From NCBI GenBank assembly GCA_035470745.1, contig DATIQO010000090.1, positions 1 through 60,983 on the forward strand: a stretch of DNA of 60,983 nucleotides, in the 5' to 3' direction. Shown piece after piece: positions 23,958 to 33,552 of this stretch. Below the pieces are notes generated by a model that saw nothing but the letters and a program-made list of their open reading frames with translations, did not search any database and was not told where the DNA came from. The stretch comes from Sphingomicrobium sp. GTDB lineage: Bacteria > Pseudomonadota > Alphaproteobacteria > Sphingomonadales > Sphingomonadaceae. The position numbers were made by a program, and so were the translations under genes. The stretch's first letter is position 1; each line of letters starts with the position of its first letter.

Positions 23958-24373
23958 GCACGCCCAAGCTCGAGGGCCTCGTCCCGGAAAGGCTCAAGGT
24001 CCGATCGGCACGAATTACGCTCGAATCGCTCGAGGTCCAGGCCGATATCGGATTCCACGATTTTGAGGTCGGTTCTCCGCAGCGGTTGCTGGTGACCGTC
24101 GAAATCTGGCTCGAGGATGCAGCCGCGCCGCTCGACGACGATCCCCAGCGGGCTTGGAATTATGATTTTCTTCGCACCGAGGTCGAGGAGATCGCCGCCT
24201 CGGGTCGCTTCAATCTCCAGGAGACGCTTGCTCACGCCATTTTCGATCGTCTCGCGGCCTTTCGCGGGGTGAGTGCATTGCGGGTCAGAACGTCCAAGCC
24301 GGACATCTATCCGGAGGCGCATGGGGTGGGCGTTGAGATCGCATCATTCAGGGGGCTGTGGCCGCGGGACTGA
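23954..24373 (+). CDS. folB: dihydroneopterin aldolase
   Basis: IGFHDFE..PQRL, NYD, LQETLA, KPDIY. Confidence 0.85.
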   Translation: MSTPKLEGLVPERLKVRSARITLESLEVQADIGFHDFEVGSPQRLLVTVEIWLEDAAAPLDDDPQRAWNYDFLRTEVEEIAASGRFNLQETLAHAIFDRLAAFRGVSALRVRTSKPDIYPEAHGVGVEIASFRGLWPRD

Positions 24374-24579
24374 GCAAAGCGCTGAGCTGTCAATAGTTTC
24401 ACGCCTTCCGGATGTGGAACAAAATCCATTGCACGGCCTTTGTCGCAGCGATAAGGAGGCGCGCTTGTCGCCGAGGACGTGGTGTCGCATCGGCGGTCCC
24501 ATCACTGGCAGGGCGAGCGTCTGAACGTCCGGTCTTGACCGTGGTTAACCACGGCGTGTCGAGGAGAAGTGCGGGTTAA

Positions 24580-25242
24580 ATGTCCTACGCGCAACGCAAA
24601 CAGCTAAGCGGCAATCCGGCGCTGTCGATCTTCCTTACCGTCGCAGTCGTAGGGTCGCTTTTGTATGCGATCGTTACGGGTCTTGCGTACGATGTCGTGA
24701 AGAAGGCAGCGGAAAATCTCAAGGTTATCGACGTCGAGCAGAAGCCGCCGCCACCGCAGCAGCCGCCGCCTCCGCCAAAGGACATGCCAAAGGTGCCGCC
24801 GCCGCCGGTGACGCCCCCGCCGCTCGTCCAGGTGAATACGCCGCCGCCGCCAACCATCCAAACGGTCACAGCGCCGCCGACGCCGCCGGTTATTCCGCCG
24901 GTCATTTCGGCGCCTCCGCCTCCGCCTCCGCCTCCGCCTCCGCGTGTCGTACAACCGGCCCGTGCGCGCGCGAACCTGGCATCTCTAGTCTCGGACGACG
25001 ATTATCCGGCTTCGGCCGCCGCGGCGGGCCAGGAGGGGAGAACCGGCTTCCGCCTGGACATCGGTCCTGACGGGCGGGTTACCGGTTGCACAGTCACGTC
25101 CTCAAGCGGCTCGAGTCTATTGGACAATACGACTTGTCGAATCATGAGGAGTCGAGCGCGGTTTACCCCGGCACATGACAGCAACGGGAACCCGATTTCG
25201 GATACGCACGACGATGCGATTATCTGGAGGCTGAACGGTTAA
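24580..25242 (+). CDS. tonB: energy transducer TonB
   Basis: N-terminal TM, Pro-rich linker, YP..A...GQEG..., SSG..LLD C-terminal domain. Confidence 0.88.
   Translation: MSYAQRKQLSGNPALSIFLTVAVVGSLLYAIVTGLAYDVVKKAAENLKVIDVEQKPPPPQQPPPPPKDMPKVPPPPVTPPPLVQVNTPPPPTIQTVTAPPTPPVIPPVISAPPPPPPPPPPRVVQPARARANLASLVSDDDYPASAAAAGQEGRTGFRLDIGPDGRVTGCTVTSSSGSSLLDNTTCRIMRSRARFTPAHDSNGNPISDTHDDAIIWRLNG
24913..24942 (+). repeat. (CCTCCG)x5 in-frame tandem repeat encoding Pro10
   Basis: Read directly from the sequence. Confidence 0.9.
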
Positions 25243-25290
25243 AACCGCAATCAGATTTTTTCAGACAGGTTTTCAGAAGGAAAGTTAAGC

Positions 25291-26112
25291 ATGCAAGAAG
25301 CAGCAGCACAGGGCTCACAATACGGCATTGGCCCCGCTCTCCAGCAGGGTGGCATCATCACCATTTCGGTGTTCACCATCCTTGTCCTGATGTCGATCTT
25401 CTCTTTCTACATCCTCTTCACGAAGCTGATGCAGCAGCAGAAGATCATCGCTCAGGGCCGCAAGGTCCGCGCGAGCTTCTGGAACTCGCCGAACCTGCGC
25501 GAAGCAGCCACGAAGCTCGACCAGAAGAGCGCATATCGCTCGATCGTCGACGATGCGCTCCAGGCGCAGGACCAGCATGGCAAGTTGACCGATCCCATCG
25601 ACCAGCACGACTGGATGGCGAACAGCCTGGCGCGCAGCCAGGGTTCCATTTCAGCTCGGCTCGGTGAAGGCCTCGCCTTCCTTGCAACGGTGGGTTCGAC
25701 CGCTCCGTTCATCGGCCTGTTCGGTACCGTCGTCGGCATCTACCGCGCGCTGATCAAGATCGGCTCGTCGGGCGAAGCGTCGATCAACACGGTTGCCGGC
25801 CCGGTCGGTGAGGCGCTCATCATGACCGCTCTTGGTCTGGTCGTCGCCGTTCCTGCGGTGCTTGCCTACAACTGGCTGATCCGCCGCAACAAGTCGATCA
25901 TGGAGGACCTTGCCGCCTTCACGAACGACATTCACGGTTACATGATGTCGGGCGGCGCAGTGAAGCCGCGCCTCCTCGGCACCACCGGCCCGGCAGTCAA
26001 GGGCAGCGCAGCGACCAGGACGAGCGGCGCCCCGACCCAGCCCGGCAGCGAGCCGCTCCGCACCGGCCGCACCGCGACGGGTACGGAGGCAACGCCGACA
26101 AACGCGAAGTAA
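25291..26112 (+). CDS. exbB: MotA/TolQ/ExbB proton channel protein
   Basis: LATVGSTAPFIGLFGTV, EALIMTALGLVVAVPA. Confidence 0.9.
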   Translation: MQEAAAQGSQYGIGPALQQGGIITISVFTILVLMSIFSFYILFTKLMQQQKIIAQGRKVRASFWNSPNLREAATKLDQKSAYRSIVDDALQAQDQHGKLTDPIDQHDWMANSLARSQGSISARLGEGLAFLATVGSTAPFIGLFGTVVGIYRALIKIGSSGEASINTVAGPVGEALIMTALGLVVAVPAVLAYNWLIRRNKSIMEDLAAFTNDIHGYMMSGGAVKPRLLGTTGPAVKGSAATRTSGAPTQPGSEPLRTGRTATGTEATPTNAK

Positions 26113-26120
26113 TCCAGATG

Positions 26121-26148
26121 GGAAGCCCGGCCTCGGGGCCGGGCTTCC
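26121..26148 (+). other. intercistronic 12-bp stem-loop between exbB and exbD
   Basis: GGAAGCCCGGCC-TCGG-GGCCGGGCTTCC; no U-tract. Confidence 0.8.
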
Positions 26149-26181
26149 GCATCCGTTGAATTTAGGAAAGAACCCAGCCGT

Positions 26182-26667
26182 ATGGCAGGAACAGTAATCC
26201 AAGAAGGCGACGACGACAGCGCGATTTCGGACATCAACGTCGTCCCGCTGACCGACGTGATGCTGGTGCTCCTGATCGTCTTCCTGATCACCATCCCCGT
26301 CGTGGTCCACCAGGTTCCGGTGACCTTGCCGAAGGTGCGCTACGAACCGACGATTACGAAGCCGGAGAACGTCTCGTTGAGCGTCCGCAACGGCCCTGGC
26401 AACACTTGCGAGGTCTACTGGGAGCTGAAGAAGGTTAACCAGAAAGAGCTGCTCGACATGGCCGTGAAGAAGCTGGAAGACCAGATCAAGGCCGTGGGCG
26501 GAGTCCAGAACATCAACGAAGACAATATGCCGGAGGCGCACATCCGCGGGGATATCAACACGCAGTACAAGTGCATTGGTGCGACCATTCTCACCATGCA
26601 GGAGGCTGGGTTCCAGCGCGTCGGCTTCATTTCGCAACCGGGCGCGGGTCCGGTTCCGCGCCTGTAG
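26182..26667 (+). CDS. exbD: ExbD/TolR family protein
   Basis: INVVPLTDVMLVLL. Confidence 0.88.
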   Translation: MAGTVIQEGDDDSAISDINVVPLTDVMLVLLIVFLITIPVVVHQVPVTLPKVRYEPTITKPENVSLSVRNGPGNTCEVYWELKKVNQKELLDMAVKKLEDQIKAVGGVQNINEDNMPEAHIRGDINTQYKCIGATILTMQEAGFQRVGFISQPGAGPVPRL

Positions 26668-26679
26668 GAGCATCTCGCC

Positions 26680-27114
26680 ATGTCGATGCAGACCACTAGC
26701 GACAACTCTTCAGGCGAGCCGATGCTCGACATCAACGTGACGCCGCTGATCGACGTCATGCTGGTTCTCCTGATCATGTTGATCATCACCATTCCACCGC
26801 AGACCCATGCGGTGAAGCTGGACCTTCCGGTCAACCAGCCGAACAACCCGCCGCCGCCGATCCAGCCGCTCAAGAACACGGTTGGAGTGACGGCGCAGGA
26901 CCAGATCACCTGGAACGGAACTCCGATCACGCAGGATCAGCTGCGGCAGTATCTCGAAACCACGCAGCAGATGAACCCGGTCCCCGAGCTCCACCTGCAG
27001 CCGGACGCGACCGCCCGCTACGAGGTGGTCGACGAGGTGCTTGCGATCACCAAGAAGGCCCACGTCCAGAAAATGGGCTTCGTGGGCAATGAGTATTACG
27101 CAAACATCTTCTAG
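26680..27114 (+). CDS. exbD: ExbD/TolR family protein (second paralog)
   Basis: INVTPLIDVMLVLL. Confidence 0.88.
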   Translation: MSMQTTSDNSSGEPMLDINVTPLIDVMLVLLIMLIITIPPQTHAVKLDLPVNQPNNPPPPIQPLKNTVGVTAQDQITWNGTPITQDQLRQYLETTQQMNPVPELHLQPDATARYEVVDEVLAITKKAHVQKMGFVGNEYYANIF

Positions 27115-27138
27115 GCTTCGCTCCTTGAAGACGAGTGG

Positions 27139-27166
27139 GGGCGGTTCTTTCGGGAGCCGCCCTTTT
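27139..27166 (+). terminator. Rho-independent terminator of the tonB-exb operon
   Basis: GGGCGGTTC...GAGCCGCCC followed by TTTT. Confidence 0.75.
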
Positions 27167-27219
27167 CCGTTCCGAAGAGCACTGGCGCTCTTTGGAGCGC
27201 CATGCCATTGCCCGCGCCA

Positions 27220-28575
27220 ATGAGTCAGCAGCGACATTTCGCCGTCGTCATCCTTGCCGCCGGGCAGGGTACGCGGATGCGGTCCGACACGCACAAGGTG
27301 CTTCATCCAATTGCGAGCCGTCCGCTGCTCCTGCACCTGCTCGACCGGGTCGACGCCCTCGGTGCCGACAAGCGGGTCGTAGTAGTCGGGAAGGGCCGGG
27401 ACCAGGTCGAGTCAGCGATCGCCGGACGCGACGCGGCAATTGCAGTCCAGGCCGAACAGAAAGGGACCGGACACGCCGTCCAGCAGGCGGCGGAAGCGCT
27501 CGCGGGTTATGACGGGCCAGTCCTCATCCTCTACGGCGACACGCCGTTCGTCGAAGCCGCGACGCTGAAGCGGATGCTCGACAGGCTCGAGGGACCCGAC
27601 GCTCCCGGTGTGGTTGTGCTCGCTTCCTCTCCGCCAGATCCGCTCAAATATGGCCGAATCATCCTCGGCGACGGCGATCGCATCGCGAAGATGGTCGAAT
27701 ATAAGGACGCGACTGCCGACGAGCGCGCGGTCCGGCTCTGCAATTCGGGCATGATGGCTCTCCGTGCCCGCGACCTCTTCCGCTGGCTCGCCCAGGTTTC
27801 GAACGACAATGCGGCGGGTGAATATTACCTCCCCGATGTCGTCAATATCGCGGCTGCAGAGGGCCGGGATGCCGTCGTCATCGAAGGCGATCCATATGAG
27901 ACGGCCGGGGTCAACAGCCGCGCCGAGCTCGCCCATCTTGAGCTCGAATGGCAGCGGCGGCGGCGCGAGCAGGTGCTCGACGAGGGCGCAACGCTGATCG
28001 ACCCCGAGAGCGTCTGGTTTGCCTACGATACAAAGCTGGGACGCGACGTGACGGTGGAGCCGCACGTCGTCTTCGGTCCTGGCGTAGAGATTGCTGACGG
28101 AGCGACGATCCATGCCTTCAGCCATATCGAGGGCGCCATCATCGGCCCCAAGGCAAGCATCGGGCCGTTTGCGCGTATCCGGCCTGGGACGCGGCTCGCC
28201 GAGCGGACCAAGGTCGGCAATTTCGTCGAGCTCAAGAATGCGCTCGTGGGGGAAGGCGCAAAGGTCAATCACCTCTCTTACATAGGCGACGCCAGCATCG
28301 GAGCCCGCGCCAACATCGGGGCAGGAACGATTACCTGCAATTACGACGGCTTCGGCAAACACCGGACGCAGATCGGGGTAGGCGCGTTTATCGGCTCGAA
28401 CACGGCGCTCGTCGCTCCCGTAACGATCGGGGAAGGCGCCATCGTCGGCGCTGGATCCGTGATCACTCGCGACGTCGAACCCGAAAGCCTCGCGCTCGAA
28501 CGCAGCGAGCAGAAGGGAATCGCGGGATGGGCCAAGCGCTTCCGCGAACGAATGACAAGGAAAGCAGCAGAATAG
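27220..28575 (+). CDS. glmU: bifunctional GlcNAc-1-P uridyltransferase/acetyltransferase
   Basis: LAAGQGTRM, GEYYLPD, hexapeptide repeats, NYDG. Confidence 0.97.
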   Translation: MSQQRHFAVVILAAGQGTRMRSDTHKVLHPIASRPLLLHLLDRVDALGADKRVVVVGKGRDQVESAIAGRDAAIAVQAEQKGTGHAVQQAAEALAGYDGPVLILYGDTPFVEAATLKRMLDRLEGPDAPGVVVLASSPPDPLKYGRIILGDGDRIAKMVEYKDATADERAVRLCNSGMMALRARDLFRWLAQVSNDNAAGEYYLPDVVNIAAAEGRDAVVIEGDPYETAGVNSRAELAHLELEWQRRRREQVLDEGATLIDPESVWFAYDTKLGRDVTVEPHVVFGPGVEIADGATIHAFSHIEGAIIGPKASIGPFARIRPGTRLAERTKVGNFVELKNALVGEGAKVNHLSYIGDASIGARANIGAGTITCNYDGFGKHRTQIGVGAFIGSNTALVAPVTIGEGAIVGAGSVITRDVEPESLALERSEQKGIAGWAKRFRERMTRKAAE

Positions 28576-28576
28576 C

Positions 28577-30400
28577 ATGTGCGGAATTGTGGGAATCGTC
28601 GGTACGAGCGACGTTGCGCAGCGGTTGTTCGACGGCCTGAAGCGGCTTGAATATCGCGGTTATGACTCGGCCGGGATCGCGACGATCGACAACGGTCATC
28701 TCGAGCGTCGCCGCGCGGAGGGGAAGCTCGACAATCTAGCGCGCGAGCTCGCGGCCCATCCGCTCCATGGAAATACGGGCATTGCGCATACACGATGGGC
28801 GACCCACGGCGCCCCTACCATCGGCAATGCACACCCGCACATCGTCGGCGCCCTGGCCCTGGTCCACAATGGCATCATCGAGAATTTCAAGCCGCTGCGG
28901 GACGAACTCATTGCCGAGGGGCGAAAGTTCGAAAGCGAAACCGACACCGAGGTCGTCGGCCATCTGGTCGCCCGCGAGTTGGAACGCGGTGCTGCGCCGC
29001 AGGCGGCGGTTGCGGCAGTTCTCCCGCGCCTGGCGGGCGCCTTTGCGATTGCCTTCTTGTTCCGTGACCATCCCGAGTTCATCATCGGAGCCCGCCGCGG
29101 TGCGCCGCTGACAGTCGGCTATGGCGAGGGTGAGAATTACCTCGGCTCGGACGCGCTTGCCGTTGCTCCCTGGACGCAGCGCATCGCCTATCTCGAGGAG
29201 GGCGATTGGGCGGTCGTCGGGCGCGACCGGATCGAGATCTTCGATCGCGATAACCAGCCCGTGACGCGCGAGATCGTTGAATCCGGTGCGTCCTCGGCGC
29301 CTGTCGAGAAAGGGAATTACCGCCACTACATGCAAAAGGAGATTTTCGAGCAGCCGATCGTGGTTGCACAAACTCTCCAAAGCTATGTTCGGCCGTTCGA
29401 AGGCGAGGTCGCGCTGCCCACGGGAGACCTTGATCTTGCAGCCGTGAACCGTGTCACGATCGTTGCCTGCGGCACCAGTTTCTACGCCGGGCTCGTTGCG
29501 AAATATTGGATCGAGCAATTCGCCCGGGTCCCTGTCGACATCGATGTCGCGAGCGAGTTTCGCTATCGCGAGCCCGTTCTCGAGCCCGGTGGCCTTGCAC
29601 TCTTCATCAGCCAGTCCGGCGAAACGGCCGATACGCTGGCTGCGCTACGTCACGCGCGTGCCGAGCATCAGCGCATCGCCGTCGTCGTCAACGTTCCCAC
29701 AAGTTCGATGGCGCGGGAGGCGGACCTTCTGTTGCCGACCCATGCCGGCCCCGAGATCGGCGTCGCATCGACCAAGGCCTTCACCTGCCAGCTGGCGGTG
29801 CTGGCGGCATTCGCTGCAAATCTGGCGCGTGCGAAAGGACGGCTCAGCCGCGATGAGGAACGGGACATCGTCGGCCACCTCCAGGAGGCGCCCGCAGCGC
29901 TCAATGCCGCGCTCGATCACGACGAAGAGATCGCCGCGATGGCGCATCTCATCGCACCGGCGCGCGACGTCCTCTACCTTGGCCGCGGGCCTGACTATCC
30001 AATGGCGTTGGAGGGCGCCCTCAAGCTCAAGGAAATCAGCTATATCCACGCCGAGGGCTATGCTGCCGGCGAGATGAAGCACGGACCGATCGCCTTGATC
30101 GACGACAATGTGCCAGTGATCGTCCTTGCCCCGTCGGGGCCGCTGTTCGAAAAGACCGTGAGCAACATGCAAGAGGTTCGCGCGCGGGGTGGGAAGATCG
30201 TGCTCATCAGCGATCGCGAGGGCATCGAAGAGGCGGGCGAGGGCTGCATCGCGGCCATCGAGATGCCGCACGTCCATCCGCTGATCGCGCCGCTCGTCTA
30301 TGCGGTACCGGTACAATTGCTCGCCTATCATGTCGCCGTCCTCAAGGGCACCGACGTCGACCAGCCGCGCAACCTCGCAAAGAGCGTCACCGTCGAATGA
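28577..30400 (+). CDS. glmS: glutamine-fructose-6-phosphate aminotransferase
   Basis: MCGIVG, EYRGYDSAG, HTRWATHG, PRNLAKSVTVE. Confidence 0.99.
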   Translation: MCGIVGIVGTSDVAQRLFDGLKRLEYRGYDSAGIATIDNGHLERRRAEGKLDNLARELAAHPLHGNTGIAHTRWATHGAPTIGNAHPHIVGALALVHNGIIENFKPLRDELIAEGRKFESETDTEVVGHLVARELERGAAPQAAVAAVLPRLAGAFAIAFLFRDHPEFIIGARRGAPLTVGYGEGENYLGSDALAVAPWTQRIAYLEEGDWAVVGRDRIEIFDRDNQPVTREIVESGASSAPVEKGNYRHYMQKEIFEQPIVVAQTLQSYVRPFEGEVALPTGDLDLAAVNRVTIVACGTSFYAGLVAKYWIEQFARVPVDIDVASEFRYREPVLEPGGLALFISQSGETADTLAALRHARAEHQRIAVVVNVPTSSMAREADLLLPTHAGPEIGVASTKAFTCQLAVLAAFAANLARAKGRLSRDEERDIVGHLQEAPAALNAALDHDEEIAAMAHLIAPARDVLYLGRGPDYPMALEGALKLKEISYIHAEGYAAGEMKHGPIALIDDNVPVIVLAPSGPLFEKTVSNMQEVRARGGKIVLISDREGIEEAGEGCIAAIEMPHVHPLIAPLVYAVPVQLLAYHVAVLKGTDVDQPRNLAKSVTVE

Positions 30401-30430
30401 CGGCGGCGCCGGATTTGAGGCTTTATCCAC
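30360..30430 (+). other. attTn7-like site at the glmS 3' end, apparently unoccupied
   Basis: TnsD recognises the glmS 3' coding end (established); no TGT transposon end seen downstream. Confidence 0.4.
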
Positions 30431-30530
30431 TTTCGTGCGGGGCAAAGGAGCCCAGGACGTCCCACGATCGGTTGTGAAGCCGAGCCCCGCTTGCCATTGA
30501 GGTTGAATGGAGCCGAGCGCCAAAGCGGGA

Positions 30531-32297
30531 ATGAGAATTGCAGCCGTCCGCGCTATGAGCGGCGTCGTTCGGACCAGCGGAACCATCGCATTGGTGCGCC
30601 GACTGTTCCGCTCAAGCGAGGCGGCGCTGGTCGCACTGGCGGTGGCGCTTGGGATTGCAGCTGGGCTCCTCACCTTTGCACTCAACAGGACGGCGCACGC
30701 TATCCAGTCGCTGATCTATGGGCTTGGAGGTGCAAGCCTTAGCGCTGCGCAATCGGTTTCGCCGCTGTCGCTCCTGGCGCTCCCGGTCGGCGGCCTCGTA
30801 CTGGGCCTTGCCAGCCGCGCCGCAGTGCGCCGCTGGCGGACTCCGGTGGACGTCGTCGAAGCCAATGCGCTTCATGGCGGCGCCGTTGCCTGGCGCGACA
30901 CCGTGCTCGTCTGCGCGCAGACGTTGCTGTCGAACGGTGTCGGCGCATCGGTTGGCCTTGAAGCGGCTTATGCGCAGGCCGGCGGCGGCTTTGCCTCGGT
31001 CGTCGGGCAATGGCTGCGGCTGAGGCGCGCGGACATGCGGATCCTGCTCGGGGCAGGGGCTGGCGCCGCGATCGGTGCAGCCTTCAGTGCACCCCTGACG
31101 GGCGCCTTCTACGCGTTCGAGATCGTGATCGGAGCCTATACGCCGGCGGCGATCGCACCGGTTGCCGCTGCTGCCCTCTCGGCTGTGCTGACAGCGCGGC
31201 TCCTTGGTCTTGAAGCCTATATCATTGCACTTCCCGGCGCCAAGGCGATCACGACCGAGGACTATCTCGTCTATGCCGGCCTCGGCATCGTCTGCGCGGG
31301 GATTGCAATTGTGATCATGCGCGCCGTCACCTTCATCGAGGAAACCGTGCGCGGTTCCTCGCTTGCCGACGTTTCGCGCCCGGCGATCGGCGGGCTGCTA
31401 CTGATCCCGCTGGCATTGGTGACACCGCAGGTCCTCTCTTCGGGCCATGGCGCGCTGCACCTCGACCTTGGCGCCGAAGTCGCGCTTCGCTTCCTGCTCC
31501 TGGTGTTCGTCGTCAAGATCCTCGCCTCGGCCGTATCGCTCGGGTTCGGATTTCGCGGCGGCCTCTTCTTTGCCTCGCTGTTCATCGGTTCGCTCGCCGG
31601 ACAGCTGTTCGCCGGAGCACTTGCCCGGATCAACGGCGCTCCGCCGATCGACCCCTCCGACGCCGCGCTGATCGGCATGGCAGCAATGGCGGTCGCGATC
31701 GTCGGCGGCCCCATGACCATGTCGCTCCTGGTACTCGAGACGACGCACGACTTCGCGCTGACGAGCGTGGCAGTGACTGCCGGACTTTGCGCGAGCACCG
31801 TTGTCAGGGAGACGTTCGGCTTCTCCTTCTCGACCTGGCGGATGCATACCCGCGGCCAGACGATACGGAGCGCGCGCGATGTCGGCTGGGTGAGAACGCT
31901 GACTGTCGGCAAGATGATGCAGCGGGCGGCCAATACCGCGGCTGCAGCAATGACCATTGCCGAGTTCAGACGTCGATTCCCGCTGGGTTCGACCTCGACG
32001 GTCGTTTTAACGGATGCGACCGGGGCCTATTTCGGGATAGTCGATACGCCGCGCGCGTACGACACTGGGCTCGAAGAGGAGACCGAAATTGGAACCCTTG
32101 CGGGCATGCAGGGCGTTGCGCTTCATGCGGCCGAAGACGTTCGGGAGGCGATGAAGATTTTCGACAGCATTGGCGCCGACGTGCTTGCAGTCGTGACGGA
32201 CGATGGCGAGGTCGTCGGCACCCTTTCGGAGAAATTTGTCCATCGTCGCTACACCGACGAGATGGAGAAGGCTCAGCGGGAATTGTTTGGTGAATAG
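30531..32297 (+). CDS. divergent CLC family protein with CBS domains
   Basis: GASVGLEAA, AAFSAPLTGAFYAFE, GFRGGLFFAS; start uncertain (30507/30531/30556). Confidence 0.85.
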   Translation: MRIAAVRAMSGVVRTSGTIALVRRLFRSSEAALVALAVALGIAAGLLTFALNRTAHAIQSLIYGLGGASLSAAQSVSPLSLLALPVGGLVLGLASRAAVRRWRTPVDVVEANALHGGAVAWRDTVLVCAQTLLSNGVGASVGLEAAYAQAGGGFASVVGQWLRLRRADMRILLGAGAGAAIGAAFSAPLTGAFYAFEIVIGAYTPAAIAPVAAAALSAVLTARLLGLEAYIIALPGAKAITTEDYLVYAGLGIVCAGIAIVIMRAVTFIEETVRGSSLADVSRPAIGGLLLIPLALVTPQVLSSGHGALHLDLGAEVALRFLLLVFVVKILASAVSLGFGFRGGLFFASLFIGSLAGQLFAGALARINGAPPIDPSDAALIGMAAMAVAIVGGPMTMSLLVLETTHDFALTSVAVTAGLCASTVVRETFGFSFSTWRMHTRGQTIRSARDVGWVRTLTVGKMMQRAANTAAAAMTIAEFRRRFPLGSTSTVVLTDATGAYFGIVDTPRAYDTGLEEETEIGTLAGMQGVALHAAEDVREAMKIFDSIGADVLAVVTDDGEVVGTLSEKFVHRRYTDEMEKAQRELFGE

Positions 32298-33309
32298 CCG
32301 CTTGCGCAATCTCTTCGTTATCATTGCAGTTGTGCTCATCGCGGCGATCGGCGGCGGCTATATCGCGCGCACGTTCGCGCCGACCGGCCAACCCCAGCAG
32401 GCGACGCCGCAGCCGCGCCGCCCAATCATCCAGATCGTCAGGCCGGAAACTGGCCTTCCGAGCATCGCTGAGACCATCGCGGCGCTCTGCCCGTCGATCG
32501 CGGCCATCGTTCCTGCCGGCGCTACCGGCTCCGCGACGGGCGGCTTTGCAATTTCTCCCGACGGGTGGGTCATCGCTGCAACGGCTGCGCTCCCGAGCGG
32601 GAACATCGAAGTCCATTTCGGAGCCGGACCGGCGAATGCGGTAACGGAAACGCGCTCGGACCCGGTATCAGGCCTTAGCATCATCAAGACTGACGCCACC
32701 GGGCTGACGCCGGTCCGCCTTGCCGACCAGATCTTCCCGCGCATCGGCGATTTCGGCTTTGCACTTGGCAACCCGGCGGGAGCAGGATGCAGCGCGCAGG
32801 CGGCTATGGTTGCGAGCGATTTCCTGACGGATGGCGGCGGAGCCGATGCCTATATCCGCCTGCAACCGATGGGAGCGGACCTTCCGGCGGGAGCGCCGTT
32901 CGTCTCGGGCGCCGGGCAAGTCGTCGGGATCGTGGCGCCGGGCGGCCCGCCGAATTCGGTCATTCCCGCGGACGTGGTCGCAGATATTGAGGATGAGCTG
33001 CTGCGGGCGACGCCGTCGCCGACCACGGCCTTCGGCTTTCGCGCGGAAGATTTCGACGCGACCCTCGCTGGTCGTCTAAGCCAATCGCGCTCGAGCGGTA
33101 CGGCGGTATCGCTCGTCCAGCCCAAAACGCCGGCGGCTCGCGCCGGTCTCCAGGCGGGCGACATCGTGGTTGCGGTCAACGGCGCGCCGGTTGCGAGCGC
33201 GTCGGAACTTGGACGCGTGCTGGATGGTGCCGGAAAGTCCGTCGTCCTTGATATCGCACGTGCCGACCAGCGCCTGACGCTGACCATTTCAAGAGCAACG
33301 GGGACTTGA
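32290..33309 (+). CDS. HtrA/DegS-like trypsin fold + PDZ protein, catalytic residues apparently lost
   Basis: N-terminal TM; GGFAISPDGWVI; PAARAGLQAGDIVVAVNG PDZ; GTG start overlaps the CLC stop. Confidence 0.75.
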   Translation: MNSRLRNLFVIIAVVLIAAIGGGYIARTFAPTGQPQQATPQPRRPIIQIVRPETGLPSIAETIAALCPSIAAIVPAGATGSATGGFAISPDGWVIAATAALPSGNIEVHFGAGPANAVTETRSDPVSGLSIIKTDATGLTPVRLADQIFPRIGDFGFALGNPAGAGCSAQAAMVASDFLTDGGGADAYIRLQPMGADLPAGAPFVSGAGQVVGIVAPGGPPNSVIPADVVADIEDELLRATPSPTTAFGFRAEDFDATLAGRLSQSRSSGTAVSLVQPKTPAARAGLQAGDIVVAVNGAPVASASELGRVLDGAGKSVVLDIARADQRLTLTISRATGT

Positions 33310-33552
33310 GCGGCGAATGAGGCTGCGGCGCCGGCGAAATCGCAGCGTTCGAATCCATGCAGGGGAAACAAAGTGGATTGATCAAGCTACGACCAAACAA
33401 GAGGCGGCTTTAGAGGTTGTGTTCGTGCGTTGGATTGCGATCGCGGTGAGTGGGCGTTCCGTGAAGGCTGGTCGGTGCTTCTCCGCCCGAGACCTCCGCT
33501 GGTTCATTTCGCGGGTCTCTACGATCGGCCTGATCCGCACTATACCGACTGA

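Noticed and set aside
30423..30431. DnaA-box-like TTATCCACT
   Set aside because: Single imperfect copy with no origin context
33340..33360. GTTCGAATCC, a tRNA T-loop-like motif
   Set aside because: The flanks do not form a T-stem, and there is no cloverleaf or CCA end
30400..33550. Tn7-like insertion downstream of glmS
   Set aside because: No tns genes, TGT/ACA ends or target duplication seen
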